From Glaucostegus cemiculus (lineage: Eukaryota), in assembly GCA_976551045.1 (NCBI GenBank), contig CDPCPM010000344.1, positions 13,888,001 to 13,952,000 on the forward strand: DNA of 64,000 bases. Direction: 5' to 3'. Positions within the stretch are counted from its first letter, which is position 1; every line of letters starts with the position of its first letter. Under the pieces are notes generated by a model. That model did not search any database. It was not told the DNA's origin and saw nothing but the letters and a program-made list of their open reading frames with translations. This document shows positions 12,165-25,088 of the stretch, in pieces. Made by a program: the position numbers and the translations under genes.

Positions 12165-15100
12165 CAGAGGAATTGATAGAATGCAGAGCTAGGTTGAGAA
12201 ATGGCAGATGGAGTTCAACCTGGAAAAGTGTGAAGTGATACATTTTGGAATGTATCAATGTATTTGGGTTCACAGGATTCTCAAGCGGGAGGGAGAGCAG
12301 CCAGAAGTCATGGTTCATGTTGGTACCAATGACATAGGTAGAAAGAGGGATGAGGTCCTGCAAAGGGAGTTTATGGAGCTAGGCAGAAAGCTGAAGACCA
12401 GGATCTCAAGGGTAGTACCGGTGCCACGTGATAGGAAAGGTAGGAACAGGGCGAGGTGGCAATTAAATACGTGGCTGAGAAAGTGGTGCAGGGTAGAAGG
12501 TTTTAGATTTTTGGATAACTGGGACCTCTTCTGGGGAAGGTGGGACCTGTACAGAGAGGACGGGTTACACCTCAACCAGAGGGGGGCAGATATCCTTGCA
12601 GCACGGTATGCTTGGTTGGTTCATGAGGGTTTAAACTAGTTGGCGAGGGGGATGGGAACCAGGAGGGCAGGTCAGAGGATGTAGAGGTTACAGAAAAGGC
12701 AGATCTAACAGACAGAGTGGCTCTGAGGAAGGAGAAGCAGAGTACAGGCCATAATAGTAAAAAGGTGGATAAACTAATCAGGCAAGACGAAGGAAACCAG
12801 CTTAGATTAAAGGAGGAGGTATGTGGGAACAAGTTGACGTGTAGTGAAGATGGTAAGAAGGACAGGCGGGTGGAAGGTAAGGATAATTTAGAGATCAATA
12901 GAAGTTCATCAATATCTGTAGTTGATGCTGTTCTAAAAGTACTGTATTTTAATGCACGTAGCATTAGGAATAAGGTCGATGACCTAGTGGCACAGCTACA
13001 AGCTAAAAAATATGATATCGTGGCAATCACCGAATCATAGCTTACTGATGGATGTGATTGGGAACTGAACATCCAAGGGTATACGGTGTATAGGAAGGAT
13101 AGGAGGGTAGGCAGAGGGGGTGGTGTAGCCCTGATGGTCAGTAATAATATAAAATCGATAGAAAGGAAGGAGTGGAATCCTTATGGGTAGAGCTAAGAAA
13201 TAGCAAGGGTAAAAGGATGCTAATTGCAGTTATATATAGAGCCCCTAACAGCAGCCGGGAGGAGGACTATAGGATACAGTTAGAAATAGAAAAGGCATGT
13301 CAAAAGGGCAATGTGAAGATAATTATGGGGGACTTCAACCTGAAGGTAGATTGGGAAAATCAGCGAGGAGGTGGATCGCAGGAAACTAAGTTTGTGGAAT
13401 GTCTACAGGATGGCTTTTTGGAGCAACTTGTAGATGAACCCACCAGGGGATCAGCCATTTTGGATTGGGTACTGTGCAATGAACCAGAGCTGATTAGGGA
13501 GCTAAAAGTAATGGAACCATTAGGAACCAGTGATCACAATATGATTGAGTTTGGAGTTTGCAGAAATCAATGGGTAGGAATAAAAGGATCCTGTTCTGGA
13601 TGGCGACCGGTTACTAGTGGTGTCCCGCAAGGGTCGGTTTTGGGCCCGCTACTTTTCACTTTATATATTAATGATTTGGATGATGGAGTAAATGGTTTTG
13701 TAGCTAAGTTTGCGGATGACACCAAGATTGGCGGTGGAGCAGGGAGTATAGAAGAGGCAGGAAGGCTGCAGAGAGACTTGGATAGGTTAGGTGAATGGGC
13801 AAAGAAATGGCAGATGAAATTCAATGTTGACAAATGTGCTGTAGTACACTTTGGCAAAAGAAATGAACGGGCAGATTATTATCTAGATGGGGAGAAAATT
13901 GGAAGTACGGAAGTACAAAGGGACCTGGGGGTACTCGTGCAAGACACCCTAAAAGTCAACCACCAGGTCGGATCGGCGATAAAGAAAGCGAATGCTATGT
14001 TGGTGTTCATTTTGCGAGGTATAGTGTGTACCTCGCAAAATGATGATGAGGCTCTATGGAGCACTGGTACATCCTCATTTGGAATACTGTGTGCAGTCTT
14101 GGGCCCCACACCTTAGAAGGGATGTGCTGATGTTGGAGAGGGTTCAGGGGAGGTTTACAAGGATGATTCCTGGTATGAAAGGGCTTACCTATGATGAGCG
14201 TTTATCGGCTCTTGGACTGTACTCATTGGAATACAGAAGGATGAGGGGGGACCTCATAGAAGTGTTTAGGATGTTGAAAGGAATGGATAGAGTAGATGTG
14301 GATAGGCTGTTTCCCTTGGTGGGTGAGTCCAAGACTAGAGGGCACAGACTTAGAATCAGAGGGAACCAGTTTAAAACAGAGATGAGGAGAAATTACTTTA
14401 GTCAGAGGGTGGTGGAATTGTGGAATTCTCTGCCACATACAGCTGTAGAGGCTCAGTCAGTGGGGGCATTTAAAGGGGAATTAGATAGGTACCTAATTAA
14501 TCAAGGTATCAAGGGATATGGGGAAAAGGCTGGAAATTGGGGATAGATATGTTATCTTTTCTCTTCTCATGGAGCAGACTCAAAGGGCTGAATGGCCTAC
14601 TTCTGCTCTCTTGTCTTGTGATCTTGGAAGATTGAATTCGAAGGCAGAATACAAGGTTAATGGCAGGACTCTTAGCAGTGTGGAGGAACAGAGGGATCTT
14701 GGGGTCCACATCCATAGATCTCTCAAGGTTGCCGCACAGGTTGATAGGGTTGTTAAGAAGGTGTAAGGAGTGTTGGCCTTCATTAGTCGGGGTATTAAGT
14801 TCAAGAGCCGTAAGGAAATTTTGCAGCTCTACTGAACTCTGGTTAGACCACACTTGGAGTATTGTGTTCAGTTCTGGTTGCCTCATTATAGGAAGGATGT
14901 GGAGGCTTTAGAGAGGGTGCAGAGGAGAGTTACCAGGATGCTGCCTGGATTGGAGAGCAAGTCTTATGAGGATAGGTTGAGCGAGCTAGTGCTGTTCCCT
15001 TTGGAGTGAAGGAGGATGAGAGGTGACTTGATAGAGGTGTACAAGATGATGAGGCATAGATCAAGTGGACAGTCAGAGACATGTTTACCAGGACAAAGAT

Positions 15101-15403
15101 GGCGAAGATGAGGGGGCATAATTTTAAGGTGATTGGAGGAAGGTATAGGGGGAATGTCAGGGGCAAGTTTTCTTTTTTACACAGAGAGTGGTGGGTGTGT
15201 GGAACGCACTGCTGGCAGAGATGGTGGAGGCAGATACATTTAGGACATTTAAAAGACTCTTAGACAGGCACATGAATGATAGGAAAATGGAGGGCTACGT
15301 GGAAAGGAAGGGTTAGATAGATCTGAGAGTAGGTTAATATGTCAGCTTAACATTGTGGGCTGCAGGGTCTGTACTGTGCTGTAACGTTCTACATTCTATG
15401 TTC
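12165..15403 (+). mobile_element. CR1 fragment B (12165-12250 and 14630-15403), split by element C
   Basis: CEVIHFG joins RLNSKAEYKVNGRTLSSVEEQRDLGV; CR1 tail near 15400. Confidence 0.85.
12251..14623 (+). mobile_element. CR1 LINE C, defective: ORF1 SGNH esterase part, APE endonuclease, partial RT, 3' UTR
   Basis: VHVGTNDIG...DGLHL (esterase); YFNARSIRNK, GDFN, SDHN (APE); GVPQGSVLGPLLF, KFADDTK (RT); stop at 13038, frameshifts, EN-RT deletion near 13555; TTGGAA direct repeats flank it. Confidence 0.92.
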
Positions 15404-15749
15404 AACCTCTCCACATTCTCCCTGTCAAGAACCTGGGTTCAATGTTTCAAACACATCCCCTCTCGCTTTTCTGAAGTCCCATGCATATAAGCCTAGCCTG
15501 TTCAACCTTTCTTCAGAATACAACCCGCCCATTCCAGTTCGACCAGAGTTGTTGCTAGTGATCCAAATTCACAGCTGAACATACCACCCTTATCTCCTAC
15601 AGGCTGTCTGCAGACTAGAATACTCGTCAAATACTGTGAAAAATTTTAAGCCAAAGAAACACTCATTTATGCAACACATTTTCATATCTCCGTAGTATCT
15701 TAACACAGGTCTTGCAATGAATAAACACGGTATTGAACAGTAAGAAGAG

Positions 15750-16165
15750 AAAGAAAAAAATATATAGTGCCTTTCGCAGTCTCTGATTGGTCTAGAGCAA
15801 TCTTAAGCCAAATAAGTACTTCTGAAGTGCAAAGGGTGTTGTAATACTGAAATCACAACTTGTGTATAGCAAGCTCCCGCAAACAATATGACAAGATACG
15901 TCACTTTTGGGGGATCTTTAGCGCATAAATAGTGGTCAAGTTTTTGGGAAGAATTCCTGTGTTGTTTTTGTTACAGTACTGTGGGCTCTCTTTGTCCATC
16001 AAGAGGGTAGACAGACGAAGACCTGGTTAAAGAACACAGCTGAAATACATCAGCTCTGACAGCCCAGTGTTCACTCAGTATTGCACAGGGCTGCCAGCCA
16101 AGTGTCTCTGGAGTGAATCATGAACTAAGACCTTCTGACTCAGGGCTGGCAACTGAGCCACAGCC
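15750..16165 (-). mobile_element. Near full-length Deu-domain SINE
   Basis: Reverse complement of the DeuSINE core with a tatata...tttcttt tail. Confidence 0.65.
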
Positions 16166-16689
16166 AACAACTAACAGCAGACATTTTGTGCCAGTAACAA
16201 CCAAAGTGGCCAGAAAACCTCATGATGTTTACCGAAGAAGAAAAGTTTGACCAGTATACTGGGGGGATCTTGTTGCTTTTCCACTAATGACAATAAGATG
16301 CTAGTTGATGGAGGAATGTTCTTCAGTACAAGGAAGGTGGAAGGAGTCAAGACCTCATCTGAAGGCCAGTGCTGCTGATAATGTAGCTCACTGACTCGAT
16401 ACAGTAATGGGAATCAAACCACTACCTGGCAAATTCACAGCCTTGTCTCTAAGCAAGAAAAGCCAATGAAGACCAAAAAAAGACCTCAAATAATGGACTT
16501 TTAAGTTCTCAGCCAGCCCTCCCTCCAACAACCATCAGGCTTTGATAACCAGTAGTGGCACTGTTTTTAGTTGATAGCGTGCCCACAAAACACCTCAGAA
16601 CATTTACACTATGTGAAAGGTAGTATTTAAATGGAAATTGCTGTTTTATCATTTCACCATTCTTTGCAATGTTTATATTTCCTTACAAC

Positions 16690-17010
16690 ATAGGAGGCCA
16701 TTCAGCCCATCAAATCCATGCTGGCTCTCAGAGCATTCCCATCAATCCCACTATTTCCCTGTAACCTACTCTCTCTCATGTGTCCATAATCACCCCAGAT
16801 TCTCCCAGCAGCTACGTATGCTAGGGGTGATGTACCGCACCCTATTAGTCCAGCAACCAGCACGTCTTTTGGATGAGGAAGGAAACTGGGGGAAACCCAA
16901 GGGGTCATAGGGAGAACGTGCAAACTCCACACAACCAGCCCGCCAAGGTCGGGATTGAACCTGGGAGCTATGAGACAGTCTGAACTACCTGTTGGGCTAC
17001 CATTCCACCC
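16690..17010 (-). mobile_element. V-SINE (HE1-like)
   Basis: gggagaacgtgcaaactccacaca is the reverse V domain. Confidence 0.75.
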
Positions 17011-17154
17011 AAGTGCCTTGCACTGTATGTTCAGCTACTTACTGTGGCTCCACAATTAAAAAAAGTTAACCAACGTAATCAAGACATCAGCCCTGCAGGT
17101 TATCACACTCGGAACAAGCCTGCGCATTTTCAGAACGAGACATGTCAGACCCAC

Positions 17155-17355
17155 CTTGTCCAATGTCTTTTTCAGGGCAGCTTTATCCTTCTCCAGCCGG
17201 ACTGATGACCGCTCCAGCTCCCGCTTCTCGTTCTCCAGCTGGGCGATAGCCCGCTGCAGGACGCCCAGGCGCTCCTGGAGAAGATGCTTTTCCTCCTGAA
17301 GTTTCTGCACGCTCTGCAGTGCAATCTCATCACCTTCCTGCCGCTGGTGCAATAT
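17155..17355 (-). CDS. CROCC: Rootletin exon 24 (201 nt): ILHQRQEG...RLEKDKAALKKTLDK
   Basis: ctatcag acceptor, gtgggt donor; phase 0. Confidence 0.93.
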
Positions 17356-18008
17356 CTGATAGCAAAACGGAGAACAATGGGCCCAAGAACAGAACAAGTC
17401 CTGTCCACTGGACTGTGCACCACAAGTGGTAAGAAAGGTCTCAGCGTTCCAGTGAGTGCAATATTAACCAAGCCCTCCTTTCATGGAATCACACCAATAA
17501 ATGCAATGCTGGATTTGTATCCCAGCTTACGTTACTCTCCAATGAAATAAACTTTGCATCTAATCCTTACTGTGATTGACCAAGGCTACTTAATGGGGCA
17601 GCATAGAGGCATGTTATATCTACTGTCCACTGTCCATCTCCCTTCATGGATGCTGCCCGACCCTCTGAGTTCCTCCAGCATTTTGTGTGTTGTTCCTGAT
17701 TTCCAGCATCTGCAGTTTTTCTTGTGTCCTTGTGTTACATCTAATCCCTTGTTATATTGGGAGTAGTGGTGGGACAGTCTGAAGGTAGCTGTTGCATCTG
17801 AACTGGCGAGGCAAATGTAAAGGGTGCTTTATTTTGCATCTAACCTGCACTGAATACTGGAAGAGGCAGGATAAAGGGAGCTTTGTTCTACACCTTACCC
17901 ACGCTGTGGTTGTGAAAACTAGAAAAGTCTTCCAATGCAGAACCCGACATTGAACAATGCACCGAGTGCGGTGTTCGCCCACGAGATACGAAAGCTGCAG
18001 GTTCTCAC

Positions 18009-18158
18009 CTCCTGGTGCTTGCGCAGCTGACTTTCAAGCTCCGCCCGCTGCAGCTCCATGTCCTGCTGCTCGCTCTGCAGGGCCTGCACTCTGTCAGCCA
18101 GCGAGGAGTTCTGCTTCTTTGTCTCGATAACAGCCTGACGTGCCGCCTCCAGACGTTC
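18009..18158 (-). CDS. CROCC: Rootletin exon 23 (150 nt): ERLEAARQAV...LRKHQE
   Basis: cttgcag acceptor, gtgaga donor; phase 0. Confidence 0.93.
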
Positions 18159-18719
18159 CTGCAAGGCCGGAAAGAAAACAGACCACCCGAAAGTTCGACT
18201 CTGCTTTGGTCAAGCCCAAGCCAGCCTGGAAATAAACAAGGCGTATATACCCCAGATACCGTCCCTGAATCCCTTACACTTTGCAGAGGCCCTCTGACAT
18301 TCAGCTCTCCAACCTGTGATTTGCTCTGCTCCCCTTTGGACTGGTGGCAGGAAGGCTTCACACAAAGGCCATATAATGGACCACATCATGGTCCCCACAC
18401 CAGTAATCATTCTCCATGCAGGCAATCAGCACGTTACCAAGCCCTGACAGATGAGGAGGAGGTCTAATACCTGAGTTTGCTTCTGCCGACAACACTTCCA
18501 GCAAAGGGGCATCTCAGGGCAAGCAAACAACCTGCATGTTTCTAAAGAACTGAGGAAAGCAGGAGACAAGAGCAGGAGGCACCGCAGGTGCAGGATTCCT
18601 GAAATAGTGGTGTTTAATAGGCTTTAGATAGGCACATTAATATGCAGGGAATGGAGGGATATGGATCATGTTTGGCACAAACATTGCGGGCCTGTTCCTG
18701 GACTGTATTGTTCTATGTT

Positions 18720-18850
18720 AAAGATGGAAAATGCTGGCATTTCTCAGCATGTCAGGCAGTATCTGAGGAAAAAGACTTAACGTTCCAGGTCAATAAATAG
18801 TTCTGATGAAAGGTCTCTGACCTGAAATATTAGCTCTTTTGCTCCCCCTA
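18720..18850. mobile_element. Penelope-like repeat with the best-preserved hammerhead core (plus strand, 18799-18835)
   Basis: AGTT CTGATGA A AGGTC tct GACCT GAAA TATT AGCT. Confidence 0.65.
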
Positions 18851-21349
18851 ATTATGCCTGAGGAAACCAGAAGCCTAGTTTCAAAATTTAACTCCAATTC
18901 CCAAATTAATATGAGTTGTAAGGCCAGTTATTACATTTTTCAATGCACTTTCATCAGCAGCAACTTGTGTAACTCTTCCTTCCTTCTTTGCTTTTGGATG
19001 TGCAGATATAAATTTTAATCCTGCTTTCCATGAGTAGGAAGGGATGGTCTTGGTCACTTTGGAGTGTAGAACAATATTCAGCAATCAACAAGTGTGGGAG
19101 TAAAATAAAAACTAGAATAACTGTCTTCAGCCATGGTTAATGGGTAACCTTTGACCCCGCACGGCCTGAATCTCTTCAGGGGTCACTACAGATGATGGAA
19201 TTTCCAAAGGGAAAGGGGCACAGTGAATTAATGGTGAGAGACATTTTTGAAGATGGAGAAATGGAAAACAAAGACATATGATAAGTACCATGCTGGGGGT
19301 TAGACAGGTCAAGCTGTGTTTAATTTAAACATGGTTAAATCTAAGTAGTTGTTTAGAAGCTGGACAGGTAATACATCTCTGAAGTGGCACAGAGTTTGCA
19401 TGAATAATGTTTAAAATTGAGAAAATGAGTGAGTGAGAATGATTCTTTTCAACTATTTTGTGGCAATATAAACTATTCACATTCTCAAGGTTTCACTTTT
19501 ATCACTGAGGGGCTGAAATGCAGCCTCTCACTAAGCCCACAGAGGGGAAGAACTCAAACCCTTTTAGTAGGACGAAAGGAGAACTACGAATGGTGAAAGG
19601 AAGCGTGAACTGACCCCACAGTTCTGGAGCTAGGCTCAAGGAGGTTTTGACCTGTGTCCACTGCTCTGGGACACCGGAGTCCCTGGAATTCCGAAGCCAC
19701 AGCACCCGGATCCTGAATGGTGCTGTTTTCCATGTCCCTGACAGACGCACTGAGGACTCAAAATCCAGCACACCCCTGGAGACAGAATCCATCTTATTTA
19801 TATTGTGGCTTGCTGTAGTCTTAGGGGTAACTCTTACTGTCTGCAGTGCACACAAAGAGTAGGGAGGTGGAGTGACGGGGAGAGAGGTAGGAAGGCGCAG
19901 TGATAGGGAGAGAGCTAGGGTGTTGGGGGAGGTGTGGATGCTGTGATTTAGGAAGGGGGGACACACGGACCCAGGCGGGTGTGAGATTGGGACAGAGCTC
20001 TGGGGGGCGGTGGGGGACAGTGCAGTAACTAGAGATCAAGCTCGGCTGGTGGCCCAAAAACTATAATCCCTAGCACTTAACCGAGGCAGTGAACTGTTTC
20101 CTGATGGCTCCAAAGCTGGTCCTGGTGTCACAGCCTCTGCCATCTCTGCAGTAACACTGACCACACTCAACTTTTTTTGGCAGGATGGTTACAGCTCTGT
20201 ATGGCTGCCACAGGAGGTGGATACTCCAGGCACTGATGGAGTGTTTGCATTGTGTCAGGGAATGCTGTTAGAATGCCAGCCAGACGACGTTGGCAGCGAG
20301 CCAATTATTGGGGCCAGGTTTGGAAGACTCAGGTTGTACAGTGAGCTCACTTGAAGCGTGTTAGGCTCATTACCGTTTGAGTCTGACTTAATGGCCCAGT
20401 CTACTGGGCTCTGAGTAGCAACACAGTCAAGGGAACTAGACTAAGTTTCCAGTCTCCTCAGAATTTCAATTTAATCGGTTTTAGTCTAAGGAACTGAAGT
20501 GGAAAAACCTTGTCAGCTGTCTAATGAATAATGGGATCCAAATACATCGTGAATATCCCGCATTTGATTCTTACCCTGTGGCAAGTTATCTGGTTCTATC
20601 TAATAAGTGTTCCTGGACAAAGGGAGGGAAAAATGATGCAAAGGCTCCCACTTCTGGTCAATACCCAATGACCTGTATGATGGGCAGATGCCAGGACAGA
20701 ATTTGGGGGTGTAATGTGATGCCTCCTGCAGTCAAACAGTCAATCTATGATTATATATGAAAATTGTAAACCAAACTGAGGTACTGAGGAGTATGTGTGT
20801 ATCCAGTACGGCAGAGTCTCTCCAGAAAAGGAGGAGCAGCACAGTGAAAGAATAAAACTGCAGTGAAATTGAGGAAGTGTCAGGCTGAAGTGGAGAAGCT
20901 GGATTGGTGTGAGTTTCTGTCCTTCCTGAAGCTGAACCCAATGTGCAGTCACTAAATTAAGATGTAAGAGCAGACCCTGCAGGTGGATTGTGTACCAGCA
21001 GACAGAAAGCTGTTTCTTATAAATACTGTCACATCTCTTTTGTGTCACTTGTGGCCTTTCTTACTTTGTTCTTCTTCTGCACCCTCAAGTTTAAGGTGAA
21101 GGAGGCAATCTGCTCCCTGCTGTGGACTGGCCCATAGGAACTGAATGACTCTGGTCTAGTTACAGTGCCCTTCCTTCCCTATTTTTCCATTACTCAGTGT
21201 CTCAGTGCGGCTGTAATCAATGGGGGAAAAGGAACAATGGTGGGAAAATGCAGGAAAACGGGCAAGCTCCAAAGATCTGGCAGCCAGTGTGTTTTATCTT
21301 CCTGCACAGCCACCTCAAGAAAGGTTTAACTTTCCATATTTCCTTACAA

Positions 21350-21635
21350 GGAATACCATTTGGCCCACCAAATCTATGCCATCTCACTGAGCAATCCCAT
21401 TTCCCCCAACAATTTCCCCTGTAACCTGTTTTCCCCAGATTCCCATCAACTGCCCCACTATACACCAGGGGCAAAATACAGTGACCAATTATTCTACCAA
21501 CCCACGTCTTTGGGATGCGGCAGAAAGAGAGAGCACTTAGCACAGGCAGAACATGCAACCCCCACACAGGGAGCACTGCAGGTCAGGACTGAACAGGCTA
21601 GAGCAGTGAGGCAGCTGCTCTACCAGCTGCATTAA
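21350..21635 (-). mobile_element. Old V-SINE
   Basis: gtctttgggatg.gg...gaacatgcaa reverse V domain. Confidence 0.65.
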
Positions 21636-21964
21636 TATGTTGCCCCTTTACTTTGTAGAAATCGTGGCACTGATATTCTGCAGAGTCTTCACTAGTCTCC
21701 CGCTGAAACTCCAGGAGGAGTTGGCAAAATCCATCGGAAATGGGTTGCATAAGGCCTCTGTTGTTCCTGTACCTTCCCACATTGCCGGGTAAGGGAGAGG
21801 GTGGAACTTGCAAGGCAGTCAACAGCTGGGGCACAGCCAGTGATGAGGTCATTCCAAACCTCAACAAGCACCCAAAACCACAGATGTAAAGGAAGTATTT
21901 CACCAAATTGGCCCCTTGCTCAAGGGATAAAGAAGAAGAGGCTGGCGATGGGAGATAAGGTCAG

Positions 21965-22631
21965 AAAGTCACACAGCAGAGAAACAGGCCCTTTGGTCCA
22001 GCACATTCATGCCAATCTTTTTGCCCACCTACACTAAGCCCACTTTCCCACAGTGGATCTGTATCCTCCTATGCCTTGCCTGTCTAAGTGTCTAACAAAC
22101 GTGTACCTGATTCCACCACTTCCTCTGGCAGCGAGTTCCGGATATCAACCTCTCTGTGGAAAAAACTTTCCTCTCAGATCCCTCTAAAACTTTCTCTTCT
22201 CATCTTAAACCAGTGCCTGTTTAAGATGAGAAGAGAAAGTTTTGATACCCATATGGGAAAAGATTCCGACCATCTATCCTGTCTATGCCTCTTATAATTT
22301 TAAATACCTCTATCAGGTCACCCCTCAGTCTCCTTCGCTCCAGGGAAAGCAAGCCCATAACTAAAGTCCTCCAATCCAAGAAATGTCCTGGTAAATCACC
22401 CCTGCACTCTCTCCAGTACAACCACATCCTTTCTGTAGTGTATCAAGCAGAACTGCACACAAGTGTGGCCTAACCAGTGTTTTGTAAAGTTGCAACATAA
22501 TATTGCAACTTTTACATTCTATGCTCTAACCAATGAAGACGAGCATGCCAGATGCTTTCTACACCACCCTATCTCCCTGTGTTACCACTTTAAGGCAATT
22601 ATGGACTTGAACCCCAAAGTCCCTTTGTTCA
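21965..22631 (-). mobile_element. CR1 LINE 3' fragment
   Basis: LERRRLRGDLIEVFKIIRGIDR in ORF 22221..22427. Confidence 0.85.
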
Positions 22632-23156
22632 TCACAAGGATGATTCCCAGAATGAAAGGGCTTACATATGACGAGTGTTTGTCGGCTCTTGGACTGTACT
22701 TGCTGGAGTACAGAAGAATGAGAGGGGACCTCATAGAAATATTTAGAATGTTGAAAGGACTGGACAGAGTAGATGTAACCAAGCTGTTTCCCTTGGTGGG
22801 GGAGTCCAGGACCAGAGGGCACAATCTTAGAATTAGAGGGTACAGGTTTAAAACAGAGATGAGGAGAAATTTCTTTAGCCAGAGGGTGGTGAATTTATGA
22901 ATTCCTTGCCACATACAGCAATGGAGGCCGGATCACTGGAGGCACTTAAGGAGGAGATCGATAGAGATCTAATTAGTCAAGGTATCAAGGGATATGGGGA
23001 TAAGGCTGGAAATTGGGGTTAGAACTTTTTTTTTGCTCATGGAGCAGACGTCCCCCCCATTTCTCTTTTTCTTTTTCCCCTTCTCTTTGGAGCAGACTCG
23101 ATGGGCCGAATGGCTTACTTCTGTTACTTCTGCTCCCTTGTCTTGTGATCTTGTGA
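22632..23156 (+). mobile_element. CR1 LINE 3' fragment, same young subfamily as element C
   Basis: TRMIPRMKGLTYDE...FFSQRVVNL closely matches 14157-14623; same tcttgtgatctt tail. Confidence 0.9.
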
Positions 23157-24090
23157 ACTCGACAGTGCATCAAGGCTTGAGTTTATTTGGGGGATAAAGG
23201 AAGGCAGGTTCCAGAGGTGGGTGCAAAGTTGTGCTGACACCCTGCTGCCTTACACTGCTGCAGCACTCTCTGGAAGGAAACTCATGTTTGAACATCAAGC
23301 CACCCAGAGAATTACCCGATAATGTGTCTGGAATAATAATGTAATTAAAGTAATATTGAAATCACTTTGCATTGGACAGTTTGAATCAATCCTAGATTCT
23401 AATTTGGATCTGAAGAACATGGGTATTGAAGGTCCTGCTTATTTGAATAAACAGTGGACAACCTTGATACTGCTCCATGTGATGGACCAATCAGCCTGCT
23501 CCTAACTCCAAGACATGAAGTTATGAGCATTTCCAGCTCCTGAGAGCTGAACGTCTGGTCAAAGCTGACTGCTGATCGAGTGTTGGACAATCAAAGGTTC
23601 CAGCTTTTAAAACTTAAAACAAAAGCAAAGCTTCATCTGTACAAGATCACAGCACATGGTTTGAAGAGAGTTGTTCTCCCCCGTGGCCTAGTCAATAACT
23701 ATTCCTCAGCCAACACCAAAGGCAGGATATCGGTTTGTTTATCTCAATGAGGCTTATATTTTCCATATTTCCATATGATATAGGTGGTGGTCATTTGGCC
23801 TGTTGGGATTGTACCACCTCTCAGAACAACCCCATTCCTTAGCTAATGTCCCTGCACTTGTGTATGCATCTCCCCTCAGTGTCATGCTCACAAGCCCATG
23901 ATTTCCAAAAACATTTAACAGATCTTCAACTGGTAAGGAACTCTCTCACCTGCATCCAACAAGGAAGGAAAGGCAGGTCAGTGTTCAGGAATTCAGCACC
24001 ACGTCTCTAATCAAATATCATCAATGTGTTGACTGGGAGTTTAGTGTAAACAGTGGAAGATTGATTGCCTCTCACTATCCATCTCCTCTT

Positions 24091-24154
24091 TCTCTCTCTC
24101 ACTCACACACACACACACACACACATACACACACACACGCACACACACACACAC
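24091..24154. repeat. (CT)n(CA)n microsatellite
   Basis: Direct inspection. Confidence 0.95.
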
Positions 24155-24454
24155 CCCTCTCTATTAAATGTAGCCCCAGAGAGTATAAGATTATTGTGCA
24201 TACTTATGTTAAGAGACACCTTCAGAATGACAAGTTCAGTGTTTCCTCACCCCCCTCCACTGCCCCTGGGCCCACAGCCAGGTTCTGTGCTGCTATGGAC
24301 AGCCTGTTGGTCGCCAGCCACTGTGCCAGGGTGAGAGGGAACGGGTGTGCGACTGGCTCAGTTTTACCATAAATTAATCTCAAAAGCAGCATTACATGGG
24401 GAATGCTGGAAACTGCATCAGAGTACGAGGATGAAGTTTGAACATGAGTCATTG

Positions 24455-24840
24455 TCATGGAGTTATACAGCACGCAAACAGGCCCTTCAGCCCAACCTGT
24501 CCATGCTGACCAAGTTGTCTACCTGAGCAAGTCCCATTTGCCCTCATTTGGCCCATATCCCTCCAAACCTTTCCTGTTCGTCAACCTGTCCAAATATCTG
24601 CCTAACTGTACCCACCTCGACACCTTCCTCTGGTCGCTTGTTCCACACACCCAACACCCTCCGTGTAAAGAAAAGTTACCCCCTTGGGTCCCTTACAAAT
24701 TTTTGTCCTCTCATCTTAAGTCTATGCCCTCTAGCTTTCGACTCCCCTACCGCAGGAAGAAAGACTGCGACCATTCACTTTATCTAAACCACTCATGATT
24801 TTACATACCTCTGTACGGTCGCCCCTCAGCCTCCTACTCT
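24455..24840 (-). mobile_element. CR1 3' fragment
   Basis: aaacaggcccttcagccca reverse tail plus ORF2-end similarity. Confidence 0.75.
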
Positions 24841-25088
24841 TAAGTCTCCAATCGCGTTTCTGGAACCGTACTTTTCGATCTGAAAATGGCTACAATCTCA
24901 TCCCTTTGCAGGAAGAGCACTCATTTTCAGACACACGGCGCTGAAATAAAATCAGCGGCTAAATTTCTAGGCTAAAATGTTTGTAGAGGAGTGCGGGTGT
25001 GTCTCTAGGCCGGGTGGTTGCTAGGAGTACAGGGGTATAACGTTGGGAAGTGCGGCTTTGGTCTAGTCCTGTTGCCGTTCAGTCTCAC

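Larger units (their letters stand above)
11850..15540 (-). mobile_element. CR1 fragment A (11850-12164 and 15404-15540), host of nested insertions
   Basis: The halves join (gaggaaac/acctctccacatt) into sequence collinear with the uninterrupted copy at 51195-51600. Confidence 0.75.

Noticed and set aside
13172-14546. Longest ORFs (314 and 168 aa) as an active or domesticated reverse transcriptase
   Set aside because: An upstream stop, frameshifts and a large deletion make this a dead CR1 copy
19860-20040. G-rich purine-skewed tract (possible G-quadruplex)
   Set aside because: Irregular G runs typical of low-complexity intron sequence; no supporting context
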